This document shows, piece after piece, positions 12,171 through 25,710 of a DNA stretch of 64,000 nucleotides. The translations under genes were made by a program, and so were the position numbers. The notes under the pieces were generated by a model. The model saw nothing but the letters and a program-made list of their open reading frames with translations, was not told the origin of the DNA and searched no databases. The stretch comes from Sphaerodactylus townsendi (taxonomy: Eukaryota), in the NCBI RefSeq assembly GCF_021028975.2, contig NC_059426.1, forward strand, positions 178,994,001 through 179,058,000, in the 5' to 3' direction. How positions within the stretch are numbered: the first letter of the stretch is position 1; each line of letters opens with the position of its first letter.

Positions 12171-13396
12171 ACCCCTCACACACACTGCCATGCATACGCC
12201 ATCTAATATCACACCCCCGCCCCAGAACCCGGTTTGCTCCCCGTTACTGCCAGCCAATTCTGGTAGGTTAACCCATTCTCTGCTGGTGGTGTAATTTATT
12301 ACCTCTTACACCATTCTGTCCTCCACTCCACCTGTGCCACGGTCCCAACCCAAGTGTACAAAACATGGTTGCTTTGGGATGCTTTTGGTTTCCATACGGC
12401 TTGTTAGTTCCAAGACGTTCCAGTATTTTTAGCCAAGGTCAGATCCGGCGAGGACAAAGCGGTTTTTAGCACAACTGCAAATCACTACAGACTCTTTGTA
12501 AATTTCCCCGTAGCAAAAAGAAGAGGGATGACGGTTTAGTAGTGAAGAACGACTCCGTACGAAATATTTATTTGGAGGCCTGTGGAAACGTGAATCACAT
12601 CAGAAAAAATAAAGCCCTGTGTTTTTGTGCGCGCGGGTCTACCTTTTTCATAACACCTGGCACCTTACATTTTGTGGGGAAAACCCTGCAAACGGAGAAA
12701 CTCAATTCCAGCAGACAAGCTTTATCGTAAGTAGGCCGCTATTCAGTCACTTGCTCAAGCATGTTACGGCCTTACATAGCAACTGAAAACATAACTGGAC
12801 CTGTAAGATCAGCTGTGCTCTTTCGTCCTGAGACAGAAGGCATAGGTCAATTCAGGTAGAAAACGCTTTGACTTTCGAAAGCGGGGGGGGGGGGGGGGGG
12901 ATCTAGCTAACTGGCGCTATTTTTGTGCGAGTCACTATTCATGGGGAACAGAATCTCTTCTTGTTCCCCAGCTGCCGTGGCTGAAGGCACGCTTTGGACA
13001 CCTGCTGTTTCTTGGAGGGTGGGAGCCACTCATGATTCTTGCAGAAGACAATGGAAAGAGAAAGGGGGGGGGGGAAGGAACGGGGCCCGAGAGCAGAAGC
13101 CACGGCTGGGAAGACAGACAGGGAAACAGCCTCCCTGATCTGCAGACAAAGGCACACGGAGCTGCGTCAGCATCCACCCCCAGTAAACTATGTTATTTAA
13201 AACCGGTGCTCACATTCCTCCCTCTTGCTGAGCGGTGGAAAAAGGCAAGAGGCAAAGAGAAACCCTCACGCCAGCCCTTCCCGAGTAACAGCAGGGGGCC
13301 GAGGTACAAAGCATTTTATGGTTGCTCTGAGAACAGGCAGAGCCAGGCCAGACTCCTTTGCGTCCTCACACGCCCATGATGTCGGGGGGGCCTAGG

Positions 13397-13662
13397 TCAC
13401 CACGATGCGCTTTGCAGGTGCCTGTCCAGAAACTGGGAGTAGCAAGTCAGGGAGCAGAAATAGCGGAGGGCGGGGGCCTCCGTTCCGCCCATGTTAAGTC
13501 CGGCACTCAACTGCGACCGTGTGTACGCCAACTGTGGAGAGTTTCATGGTCACCGTCGCCTGGATGAAGCAGGTGAGGCAGGCACGGCCGCACTGGCAAG
13601 TCTTGGACATGTCCAGGTCGTCACAGAGGTGAGACGGGAGGATGTGGCGGCCGTAGAGGATC
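13397..13662 (-). CDS. LRR1: LRR1 exon 4 (last coding exon); apparent net +1 indel near 13495-13545
   Basis: Acceptor ttttcttctgcag|G. Encodes (R)ILYGRHILPSHLCDDLDMSKTCQCGRACL..., then NMGGTEAPALRYFCSLTCYSQFLDRHLQSASW* in a shifted frame. Confidence 0.88.
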
Positions 13663-14469
13663 CTGCAGAAGAAAACAACAACACAGGGCGTGTGAACAGA
13701 GCAGCTTTGGTTCCCTGAAATAGTTCCACACACCCAGTAGAAGAAGAGGAGGAGGAGAGTTTGGATTTATATCCCCCCTTTCTCTCCTGTTGGGAGACTC
13801 AAAGGGGCTGACAATCTCCTTTCCCTCCAGATCCCCCACAGCAAAACCCATAGCACTGTGCAGAGGTGGGTGGGGCTGAGAGAGCTCGAAGAACTGTGAC
13901 TATTGAGGTCCACTTGGCTAGGCGTGTCTTGAAGTGCACAGGCTAATCTAAGATTCCCAGATAAGCCTCCACAGCCTCCAATGACAGAGGCTGAGAGATC
14001 AAACCAGTTCTCAGATTAAGTGGAACCTGCTCTCAACCCTTTCATACTGTAGTTATGTGGTGCTGCCAAGTCACTTGTGACCTATAGAGACCCCATGAAT
14101 TAATGACCTCTGTGACAGCCTTCCTGATGTCTTTGAGGGATGTGATTTCCTTATTGTACTATTACACTCCAAAATAATTTAAGTTGGAGAGCATTCAAGA
14201 GCTTTCCAGCATCGTTAGATTGGTGGTTAAGAGTGGTGGACTTTAATCTGGAAAACTGGATTTGTTTCCCCACTCCTCCACGTGAAGCCTGCTGGCAGAT
14301 TTTGGGCCAGTCACAGTTCTTTCAGAACTCTCAGCCCCACCTACCTCACAAGGTGTCTCTGCAACTGAGGGAGAGGAAGGGACAGGAAAGGAGCTTCATG
14401 TAAGCTCGAGTCTCCTTACAGGAAAAGAAGGTGGGTTATTACATCCAAATTCTTCTTCTCCTCCACCTG

Positions 14470-14742
14470 CCCTGTTTCCCCGAAAATAAGACATCCCCGG
14501 AGAATAAGACATAGTAGAGGTTTTGCTGAAGTGATAAATATAAAGCATCCCCCAGAGAAGTAGGAGGCGGTAGCAAAGGGTTTTGTTTGGAAGCATGCCC
14601 ATCCAGACAGGAACATCAAAGCATTTTGCAGCTGTGGAGGCAGAAAAGTAAGACAATGTCCCCTGAAAATGAGACCATATACATCTTTGGGAGCAAAATT
14701 AATATAAGACCTTTCTTGTCTTATTTTTGGGGAAACACGGTA
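14470..14742 (-). mobile_element. Tc1/mariner-type MITE, second copy
   Basis: Reverse homolog of 36003-36234. Confidence 0.72.
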
Positions 14743-15529
14743 GTAGTGCTTTAAATGCAGCTCTGAATGGTGCATCAGTGTTACTTACAGCAGCCATTAT
14801 TTTCAAAGCCCAAGTCCTAAGTCCAAGGAAAGCTTGAATTCAAATGATGATGTTGTCACGGAAGAGGTAGGTTAGGGGCAAGAACACAGCAGGAAATCAA
14901 GCCTTCCGACACCATCACACCCACAAGAAGGAAGCTGCAAGGAATCTGCCACGTTGTGCTTCTTTGCAAGCCTGACAAAAGACTTAGCTAAAGCACACCC
15001 ACCCTAGTGGACAAACTTATTTTATTTACCCCACCTCACCCTTCCATCCAAAGCATAGGGTGTCAGGAAACGTGCAGCCCTCCAAGATGTTAGTGGATCT
15101 ACAGTTCCCAGAAATCATCCCCCTGCCAGCATGATGCTGGCAGGGGGAGTGATGAACTCGTAGGCCATAACATCTGGAGGGTCGCGACGCTTGACACCTG
15201 ACCCTGTTCCAAAGCATCCTCTGATGTTCTCCTGGCTGTATCCTCTCAAATAACCTGTGACGTAGATTAGGCTGAGAATGGCCGAGGTCACATAGCAAGC
15301 TTCCATGGCGGAGTCAAGTGTTGAACCTGGGTCTCCCAAATCATTGTCTCATATTCTAACCACTACACTTGCACAATCCCACTGCCTTCGTCTGGGATTT
15401 AATGACAAGATTAAAAGTCAGCTGGGAAATTATAAACCTGCACTCTTCTGCTGGACAGAACCATAGCTGTGAACGATGAGTAATGTGTTCTTCAAAAGAG
15501 AAGAACAAATCAACCACCATGGTGTAGGG

Positions 15530-16036
15530 CAGTGATGGCGAACCTTTTCGAGACCGAGTGCCCAAATTGCAACCCAAAACCCACTTATTTATTGCAAAGT
15601 GCCAACACGGCAATTTAACCTGAATACTGAGGTTTTAGTTTAGAAAAAACGGTTGGCTCGGAGACGTGCGTTACTCGGAAGTAAGATTGGTGGTAGTCGG
15701 TGGCTTTGCTTTGAAGCAACCGTGCAACTCTTCCAATGGGTGAATCATAGGAGGGTTTACTCAGAAGCAAGCCCCATTGCCAGCAACTAAGCTTACTGCC
15801 AGGTAAAGGATCGTGCTTTAGTTCTTCACATGAAAATCAGTGGGGTTTAACAGCGCTTAACAGGGTTACCTACTTCTTCCCCCAAACTAGGTCTTAGGTT
15901 TAATGCTAATAATTGAGCCCAGTGGCCCAGACCAGCCTAGATTGGGGGGGGGGGGGACGGACTCTGTTTGCACATGCCCACAGAGAGGGCTCTGAGTGCC
16001 ACCTCTGGCACCCATGCCATAGGTTCGCCACCACTG
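15530..16036 (+). mobile_element. hAT-family MITE (family A)
   Basis: TIRs CAGTG(A/G)TGGCGAACCT; perfect 8-bp TSD GTGTAGGG; inserted into a SINE head. Confidence 0.9.
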
Positions 16037-18411
16037 GTGTAGGGGTTCAGAGCAATGAATTCCAGTCTGGAGAACTGGGTTTGTTTCCCTGCTCCTCCAC
16101 GTGAAGCAAAACTCTCTCCAAACTCTCTCCAAACTCTCTCTGCCCCACAAGGTGTCTGTTGTGGGGAGAGGAAGGGAAAAGGAGTTTGTAAACCACCTAG
16201 AGACTCCTTACAGGAGAGAAGAGTGGGGTATAACCCCAAAACTCTCCTTCTTCTGATAAAGCTAATGCACAAAGTGGGCGAATGTAATTTGTTTCTAATG
16301 TTGTTTCAGCCGTGACTTTGCCAGGTGGACTTTGGCAACCGGCCACGCTCGCGCTCAACCCGTGTGCCTCCAGATCATGGCAGTCTTGCCAACCATTTGA
16401 TAAGGTTGCCCTTCCCAGCTGATGAATTACTGAGGACACCTTCAATGCTGCAAAACGCTCTCGATAAAGACAGCTATCTTTACTGTCAAACTACACTGAA
16501 GTTCAAAGAAAGGAGGAGACAAATTAAGCATCTTTGAGAGCACAGCCACTGGGACTAAAGGGACCATCCACATTTAGAAGCTGTAAAACTCTGAATTCCA
16601 GGGCCAGGAGGCAATATCAGGTGAACACTTACTAAAATCTCTGTGCCCTGTTTTTGGACCTCCAGAGGAACTGGTTGGCTTCTGAATCAGCTGGAATCAA
16701 TTAGCCGCATTCTATTTGATTGCCCAAAATACAAAAAAAGAATGGAACAGATTGCCTAGCCAACAATCTATGTTGCTTCAGATCCCCTCAAAGGACATTT
16801 CTGCCATATTGAAAGTCTGTTCATTATCGTTATATAGACAGGAGCTCCTTGTGCACTTTAGAGACCAACCAGTGGCTATGAGCTTCCAAGAGTCAAAGCT
16901 CTTTGCACAATTCCTTGCTTCCTGGCAACGGTCTTGTGAGAGGTCAATTTTCCCCCCAATTATCAGTCAGTATTCATGTTGAAATTCATGCTCCATCGCT
17001 CATCTCATACTCCAAGCAATAGTGAATGGACAATGAAATGATTAACTTCCACAGAAGGTAGTCAGAAGTCATGATCAACTGGAATGTGGCTGATGCATTA
17101 ACAAAACCTACTTCAAAAGAAAAATATGATCTACTGTGTGAACAGCTACATGTGGGGTCTGTAAATGTTGTAAATAATGTACATGCTGTCATACCGATTT
17201 TGGAAGGGGTGTCAGAACATGTGTAATTGTTTAGATGAGCAAAATCTAAATGACAGCTGGACCCTCCTTCTAGCAGGTGCCGTGTGCAGATTAGGACCGA
17301 GTGCACAGCTTGTACCGTGTGCAAACCTGATAAGGTGAGGGCACCTGATTGGTACCACTTTTGCATATAGTTAGCACAGACAGCAATGTGACGTGTGCCT
17401 GAAAACACCTGTGGTCTGGCGAAGCACTTTGTCAGTAGATAGCAATAAACAGAACTGCACTAGGTGACTGTGTGTCTGTCAGTTCTTGTCTACATTGCGT
17501 CCTGCAAGGTGGTCTACTCCGAGTAAATCCGCTGCTTCAACAATTCCAACTACATAAATCTCTTTGCACCCTGGCCGGGTCGTTTGAAGACATGCTGATG
17601 GGGTCTGGACTGGTGGAATCAGGGAGGGAAAGAGATGTTGGGGTTTTGACAGCGTGAAGAAAACAGCAAACACCCTGCTTGGGGTTATCAGGAACGAAAC
17701 CGGAAATAAATATCACAACGTCTTTGGTGCGGACTCATCTGGACTAATAAGTACTTTGTGGCTGCTGCACCTCAAAAAAAGATGATGCATATTGCACTAC
17801 TGGAAACAGTCCGAAGAGGGCAACAAGATAATGGGGGGGGGGGGGTTCGTCAGAATGCCTTCGCTGAGGAATGACTGAAGAGTCTGGTACTTTTCAGTAC
17901 TGAAAAAAGATGATGTGGGGGGAACATGAGAGTAAGATTAATAAAATTATGCATGCTTGGAAAAAGAAGAAGAGTTTGGATTTATTATTCCTGTAAGGAG
18001 ACTTAAAGGCGCTTACAATCTCCTTTCCTTCCCTCCTCTCCCCCCGCCCCCGGTGTGGTGGGTGGGGCTGAGAAAGCTCCGAAAAGCTGTGACTAGCCCA
18101 AAGTGGCATGTGTTGGACTGCACCGGCTAATCTAGTTCCCCAGATAAGCCTCCACGGCTCAAGTGGCAGAGCAGGGAATCAAACCCGGTTCTCCAGATTA
18201 GAGTGCACCTGCTCTTAACAACTTCACCACTGTATTTCTGCATAGAAACCCTGAGAATGCAGTATTTCCTAATCCCTTTAATAGATTCATTCATATCTCT
18301 GATTCACTTGTTTCTCATTATGTCCCTGTCAGTCAAAGTAGATTTTGCTCATTTCGAAAGTTTCAGCCATTTACGGGGGCATGTCAGGGAAGTTCATCTT
18401 AACACATTTAC

Positions 18412-19139
18412 CTGTAATTCACCGTTGCTCTTGCAGAATACTCTAACAAAGTCAATGGTATTTTGAGCTGTATGTCGGGAACGAGCGGCCTGGGCGGCTC
18501 AAACGGGTTGCCAAACAAATCCAGGTTCTCGAGGGAGAGTTTTGCAAAGTCGTCGGGCAAAAACGGGAGCTTGTTGCGAGCGGCGGATAAGAAACGCAGC
18601 TGCCTCAGCCGCCCGATCTTGAACGGCAGCCGGATCAGCTCGTTGTCGTCCAGCCTCAGGTGAGTCAGTTCCTGCAACAGGCAGAACTGAGCCGGGAGAG
18701 CTCTGATTTTGTTCTGGCTGAGATCCAGAGACTGGAGCGACTTCCGGAGGGTGGAGCTGCAGAGCGCGGTGTTGAACGCCTCCAGGTGGTTGTTGTGTAG
18801 GTTTAGCTCCTGAAGGCACACGAGGTCCCCGATGGTGGCCGGCAGCTTCTTGATACAGTTGTGGCTCAAATCCAACTTCCGCAGGCTTTTCAGACAGAGC
18901 ATGCGCATGTCGACGCGGGCCAGTTTGCAGTAGGAGGCTTGAAGGTGTTCTAGAGAGTATGGGAAGTTGCGGGTGAGTGGGTATTCTTTCCTCGACGTGA
19001 TCGTCATCCTTGTCTTTGGTTTCTCAACTTCGGATGCCTTGGCTGGGGCCAAAGCAGAGAGGGGCATGCTTTCCTCATGGGTCCCACTGTTGGCCAATTT
19101 CACTGCCGAGAGGAAAGCCTTCAAGAGATTGGCGTTTGC
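18412..19139 (-). CDS. LRR1: LRR1 exon 3 (leucine-rich repeats)
   Basis: Acceptor caactgcag|GCA and donor TACAG|gtaaat; 728 nt. Contains LRR units such as LKSLRKLDLSHNCIKKLP, LQELNLHNNHLE, LQSLDLSQNKIRALP. Confidence 0.95.
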
Positions 19140-19789
19140 CTGCAGTTGAAACGGAACAAAACGGCCATCAGCATTTGCAGAGTCCCTGCCTTTATAAACA
19201 CGCCACAGCACCAGAAGTTGGGCCGCCTTTGCAACGCACAAAGGGAAAAGCACAATGATCCTTTCTCTGGTACATTCTTCAAGCAGTGCTGACACAGGGG
19301 TGCCGGATTAGAGATGAGATGGGAAGCAAATCAGTACCGCTTTTCAATTGTTAAACGTTAAAAGAGATGTTTAATTTTCAGTTTCCTACATGGTAATTAG
19401 CAAGCCGTTAACTGGGGCATGGAGTGCTGCGTTAATGGTGCCCCGGTGTCAAACCGAATCGACAAGAACAAAAACGGACTCCATGAAGACAGGAGGAGAG
19501 AAAGGAAAGGAAGTTCCAACAGGTGCCACCAAAAAAGGGAGCCTGGCAACAGAAACATTCATGTGAACAGAGATTCAGCACGGGCTGGCAACCAATATGT
19601 TATGTAAAGCACTCTGTCTAGGCACAAGTTAACTGCTTACTAATTACCATGTAGGAAGCCGAAAATTAAACACCTCTTTTAACACTGAATAATGAAAAGC
19701 AGTGCTGGCTTGCTTTCCATCTCATTTGAAACCTTAAGTGAACCTAAAAACATGCTGAGGCACAGCTGGTATCATCGTCGCTAAAAAGG

Positions 19790-20613
19790 AACATAAGAAC
19801 ATAAGAAGAACATAAGAACAAGCCTGCTGGATCAGACCAGAGTCCATCTAGTCCAGCACTCTGCTACTTGCAGTGGCCCACCAGGTGCCTTTGGGAGCTC
19901 ACAGGCAGGATGTGAAAGCAATGGCCTTCTGCGGCTGTTGCTCCCGAGCACCTGGTCTGCTAAGGCATTTGCAATCTCAGATCAAAGAGGATCAAGATTG
20001 GTAGCCATAGATCGACTTCTCCTCCATAAATCTGTCCAAGCCCCTTTTAAAACTATCCAGGTTAGTGGCCATCACCACCTCCTGTGGCAGCATATTCCAA
20101 ACACCAATTACAGGTTGCGTGAAGAAGTGTTTCCTTTTATTAGTCCTAATTCTTCCCCCCAGCATTTTCAATGGATGCCCCCTGGTTCCAGTATTGTGAG
20201 AAAGAGAGAAAAATGTCTCTCTGTCAACATTTTCTACCCCGTGCATAATTTTATAGACTTCAATCATATCCCCCCTCAGCCGTCTCCTCTCCAAACTAAA
20301 GAGTCCCAAACGCTGCAGCCTCTCCTCATAAGGAAGGTGCTCCAGTTCCTCAATCATCCTTGTTGCCCTTCTCTGCACTTTTTCTATCTCTTCAATATCC
20401 TTTTTGAGATGTGGCGACCAGTCGCACCACTGCTTTATATAAGGGCATGACAATCTTTGCAGCTTTATTCTCAATTCCTTTCCTAATGATCCCCAGCATA
20501 GAGTTTGCATTTTTCACAGCTGCCATGCATTGAGTTGACATTCCCATGGAACTATCAACTAAGACGCCCAAATCCCTTTCCTGGTCTGTGACTAATAGCA
20601 CTGACCCCTGTAG
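19790..20613 (-). mobile_element. CR1 LINE 3' fragment
   Basis: [39 protein letters not shown]; ataagaac tail. Confidence 0.92.
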
Positions 20614-21293
20614 CACTGACCCCATGGAACTTAAACTGTAGAAGAATAGGGCTATAAACATAATCAATTAATAAATATCACAGATGCCATTTATGAATGT
20701 TTCTGCAGTTGTAGCAGGTCTACTCGGTATCACAAGACGCTGCCTGCTATCATCAGTACATCAAGGTTGGCACTGTCTACTCGGACTGGTAGCTGCTCTC
20801 TGGTGGAGGTGTTTCAGACCACCTAGATCAGGGGTCTGCAGCCTGTGGCTCTCCAGATGTTCATGGGCTACAAATCCCATCACCCCCTGCCAGCATGGCC
20901 AATTGGTTGCAGACCCCTAACCTAGCCCAGTTCTCCAGATTAGAACCCACCTGCTCTTAACCACTACACCACGCTGGCTCCCTTCTGATCCTTTCAATTG
21001 GAGATGCCGTGGATTGAATCCGGGACCTTCTGCGGATCCTCTATCACTGAGCTACAGCCCCGCCCAAAGTAAGTCCTGCTGCCCTCAATGAGGATCGTTC
21101 TGTGGAAAGTGTTCCTGGAACTGAGCTGCAAAAGTAGCTTCCCAACTCTGGAAACATCAAAGCAAAAAAGTTTCTTTCCCTTCCTAATCTGTGCAAATTG
21201 TGTAGCAAGGCGAGCCATCCTTGGTTGGTTATCCTTTACCTGTCAGGTAAGAGCACCGATCGGACAGGCACGGCTTTGGGCTGGATCTCATAC

Positions 21294-21392
21294 CTTGCTG
21301 AGACAGACATCCACGGCCGGTTCCTTCAGCCGTATGGTGGCTTTTCCTTCTTCCACAAACTTGGTGAAAAGCTGTTCTACGTTTTCTCTTAA
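21294..21392 (-). CDS. LRR1: LRR1 exon 2
   Basis: 99 nt, cag|TTA...AAG|gtatga, phase 0/0; encodes LRENVEQLFTKFVEEGKATIRLKEPAVDVCLSK. Confidence 0.95.
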
Positions 21393-23373
21393 CTGAATTG
21401 GAGATTTGGGGGGGGGGGGGGAGAACAGAGAAAATGACAACATTATGATCCTGAGTAAACAAGCTTTTAAAAATAAACAAACTTTGAAAGGCTTCCTGAG
21501 CACAATAATCTCCGTCTGATTAGATGAACCGATACTGACCCCCAGCAATGATCCATTCATTACGGCCGGTCTCGTCTAACTCATAGCACCACAGAGCTGG
21601 AAGAGACCACCAGGGCCATCAAGTCCAATCCGCTGCCATGCAGGAAGACACAATCAAAGAACTCCCAACAGTGGGCCACCCAGCCTCCTGCTACAAAGGA
21701 GGAGACTCCATCACACTCTGAGGCGGCGTATTCCACTGTCAAACAGCTCTGGCGGTGAAGAAGTTCTTCCTAATGTTTAGGTCCGTGGTGGCGAACCTCT
21801 GGCACTCCAGATGTTATGTACTACAATTCCCATCAGCCCCTTCCAGCATGGCCAATTGCAGAAGGCCCTTGCTTTCACCTCCTGCATGTGAGCTCCCAAA
21901 GGCACCTGGTGGGCCACTGCGAGTAGCAGAGTGCTGGACTAGATGGACTCTGGTCTGATCCAGCAGGCTAGTTCTTATGTTGCAGACCCCTGGACTAGGC
22001 TGTTAGCCTTAGCCATTCTCTCATATATTAGTTGTGCAATTTTTTCACTCATCCAGATCAGGTGGCCCCTAGTCCTCTCGTCCAGCACCACTCCCACAAA
22101 CCCTATACCCAAGCTTTTAAGGCGAGGTCTAAGGAAAAGAGTTGTCATGATTGTAGAAGCCTGAGGAATGGAGCAGCCTGCAAGGCTGAAGAGAGCCATT
22201 CCCTCCCTCACACTCAGCCCTGGCTGCCATTTGCCCTGCAGGCCTCTCTTTCTCCAAGCACCTTCCAAGCCTCCGGACCGGAGCTCAGAAATCGGAAGGA
22301 AGAGGCAGGAGCCAATTGCTGATGAAGAGAAGAAGAAGAAGTGTTTGGATTTATATCCCCCCTTTCTCTCCTGCAGGAGACTCAAAGGGGCTGACAATCT
22401 CCTTGCCCTTCCCCCCTCACAACAAACACCCTGTGAGGTGGCGGGGGGGGGGGGGCTGAGAGAGCTCCGAGAAGCTGTGACTAGCCCAAGGTCACCCAGC
22501 TGGCATGCGTGGGAGTGCACAGGCTAATCTGAATTCCCCAGAGAAGCCTCCACAGCTCAGGCGGCAGAGCTGGGAATCAAACCCGGTTCCTGCAGATTAG
22601 ATACACGAGCTCTTAACCTCCTACGCCACTACGCCGGCGTAGCTGACAACGAACCTGCTTTGATCATCGCAGGAGGGCTTATTCCAACCAATTCCACGTA
22701 GATCAGCGGATGGGAATGTCCAATGTTAAATGCCGATTTAAAAATAAATAAATAAATAAAACGACAGAGCAGTTTGAAGCTCTGACAGAGAACGTGCCAG
22801 AAATCTCTCTGCGGGAGGGTGCGCAAATGCAAACTGGGGAACTTCTCTTCCTTTGTCCTGTGAGGCAACCGTTTTTCTGGAACAAGGGATGAGTCATTTA
22901 AACAAAAGCACTCCGGCTGAGTGCTAAAACTGCCTTGCAAAACATTTCTTTTTTTGTTGTTGTTGAAGGGTTCCGTCTTTTAACGCCATTTCTACAGCTG
23001 CTTCTAGCCTGAAAGCCATTTTATCAGCATCCTGTTTAGGCCTGCTAACACACTGAGTTGTTTTGGTTCGTTGTTTTTTTTTTACTTTTTATTTGGATTT
23101 ATATCCCCCTTTCTCTCCTGCAGGAGACTCAAAGGGGCTGACAATCTCCTTGCCCTTCCCCCCTCACAACAAACACCCTGTGAGGTAGGTGGGGCTGAGA
23201 GAGCTCCGAGAAGCTGTGACTAGCCCAAGGTCACCCAGCTGGCGTGTGTGGGAGTGTACAGGCTAATCTGAATTCCCCAGATAAGCCTCCACAGCTCAGG
23301 CGGCAGAGCTGGGAATCAAACCCGGTTCCTCCAGATTAGATACATGAGCTCTTAACCTCCTACGCCACTGTGC

Positions 23374-24074
23374 TCCATTAAAACATTGATATCTACGCTG
23401 GGGCGTACAGACTGCCGCGGTGGTTAAGAAAGCCCAGCAAAGATTGTACTATCTGAGACTTTTAAGGGAACAACAACTGAATGGAAAACTCCTGGTGTCC
23501 TTTTACCGCTGTGCTATAGAGAGTGTCTTAACCTTAGAGTGTCTTAACCTATAGAGAGTGTCTTAACACCGCCCAGAGCCCCTAGAGGATGGGGCGGTAT
23601 AAAAGTTTAATAAATAAATAAATAAATAAACCTACTGCATCTGTGTATGGTTCTCCAGTTGCACAGGGGCAGATAGGAAGGCGCTCCAAAGGGTGATCCC
23701 TACTGCACAGAGGATTATCGGCTGCCCTCTCCCCTCCTTGGAAAAACTCTATAATTCCTGAAGCCTAAAGAAAGCCCAAAATATTCCGAGAGACCCGTCT
23801 CATCCAGCACACTCTCTTTTTGAACTGTGACCATCCGGCAGACGATACAGGTCTATCAAAACTAGGACAAAGAGGCTTGGAGACAGCTTCTACTCAAGAG
23901 CTGTGGCGATGCTGAACTCCGGGGCTTCGTGTTGATGTGTTTGGGGCTGTGTAGGGATGGGCGGAGGAAGGGGAAAGTGAGGGTGGGGTAGGAGTCTGAA
24001 ATTGTGTGCATCGAGGAATGCTGCTGTGAATTTCGTTGTGCGTGCACAATGACAATAAAATGCTTATGCTTATT
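23374..24074 (+). mobile_element. Rex1/Babar-type LINE 3' fragment
   Basis: Translates KKAQQRLYYLRLL...LVSFYRCAIESVLT / YCICVWFSSCTGADRKALQRVIPTAQRIIGCPLPSL...DPSHPAHSLFEL..SGRRYRSIKTRT; ends aataaaatgcttatgcttat. Confidence 0.75.
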
Positions 24075-25411
24075 TAAGGTGACTTACAATAATAGTTGAA
24101 ACCATTCTGTCTAAATCCAAAAATGGAATAAAATAAACCACCTGAAATCTCCCTTAAAAGCTGAGGGAGGCAGAGGGAGGTTTTGGGGTGCCCCCTGAAC
24201 ATCACCAAGGAAGAGCCCCCACACTTCTTGAGAGCCCAATTATAGAATCACAGAGTTGGAAGAGATCCCCTAGGGGGCCATCCAGTCCAACCCCCTGCCA
24301 TGCTAGAACACACAATCCAAGCACTCCTGACAGATGGCCATCCAGCCTCTCTTGAAAAACCTCCAAAGGAGACTCCAAAGGTGGAATCTCTTTTCCTTCC
24401 CCTTGAACCCATTACTCCGTGTCCTAGTCTGTGGAGCCGCAGAAGAAGAAGAAGAGTTTGGATTTATATCCCCCTTTCTCTCCTGCAGGAGACTCAACGG
24501 GGCTGACAATCTCCTTGCCCTTCCCCCCTCACAACAAGCACCCTGTGAGGTGGGTGGGGCTGAGAGAGTTCAGAAAGGACTGGGACTAGCCCAAGGTCAC
24601 CCAGCTGGCGTGTGTGGGAGTGCACAGGCTAATCTGAATTCCCCAGATAAGCCTCCACAGCTCAGGCGGAACAGCGGGGAATCAAACCCGGTTCCTCCAG
24701 ATTAGATACACGAGCTCTTAACCCCCTACGCCACTGCTGCTCCCTCAATCCACAGAGCCAAGGCCATGCTCCCTCAGAGCCAAAGCTTGCTCCCTCAATC
24801 CACAGAGGCAAGGCCATGGTGGAAAAGGCCGGGTCTGTGGTCGATGCCAGACGGGTCATCTTTAGTGCTGGGATAGCAGGATGGCTGACGGATGACTGCA
24901 GACAGAGATATACAGAAGGTCAACATGAGATAATTTGCACACATGAGCTGTAGCTACAGCACAGAAGCCTCACTGCAGGTCCATTCACAAAAACCTTTGT
25001 GCAGACTGAGGCAGGGGGTGAGTGACTCCTCTGGGGAAACAGCTCTGTAACAAAGAAGAAGAGTTTGGATTTATATGGAAACTTCCTCTCCCGTAAGGAG
25101 ACTCAAGGTGGCTTACAAGCTCCTTTCCCTTCCTCTCCCCACAACAGACCCCTTGTGAGGCAGGTGGGGCTCAGAGAATTCTGAGAGAACTGTGACTGGC
25201 CCGAGGTCCAGGAATGTAGGAGTGCGGAAACGCGTCCGGTTCACCAGATAAGCCTCTGCCGCTGAGGTGGAGGAGTGGGGAATCAAAACCGGTTCTCCAG
25301 ATTAGAATCCATCTGCTCTTAACCACTACACCACACAGCCCTTTCACTGCTGCGTCACTGATAGGAAGCATGCCGAGAGATTAGGAAATGCTGGTTTCAC
25401 AAAGTGTTAAT

Positions 25412-25710
25412 AGAAGAAGAAGAAGAGTTTGGATTTATATCCCCCCTTTCTCTCCTGCAGGAGACTCAAAGGGGCTGACAATCTCCTTGCCCTTCCCCCC
25501 TCACAACAAACACTCTGTGAGGTAGGTGGGGCTGAGAGAGCTCCGAGAAGCTGTGACTAGCCCAAGGTCACCCAGCTGGCGTGTGTGGGAGTGCACAGGC
25601 TAATCTGAATTCCCCAGATAAGCCTCCACAGCTCAGGCGGCAGAGCTGGGACTCAAACCTGGTTCCTCCAGATTAGATACACGAGCTCTTAACCTCCTAC
25701 GCCACTGCTG
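25412..25710 (-). mobile_element. tRNA-derived SINE (Squam3-like); further copies at ~2500, 10735, 13741, 14210, 17963, 22330, 23091, 24441, 25053, 26720, 40870, 48265, 48963, 50990, 56982
   Basis: Head with box A TGGCGTAGGAGG and box B GGTTTGA.TCCC; ~290-bp body; (CTT)n tail; many near-identical copies. Confidence 0.88.

Noticed and set aside
16986-17408. 140-aa ORF in LRR1 intron 3
   Set aside because: No homology recognised; LRR1 exons 3 and 4 already join in phase.
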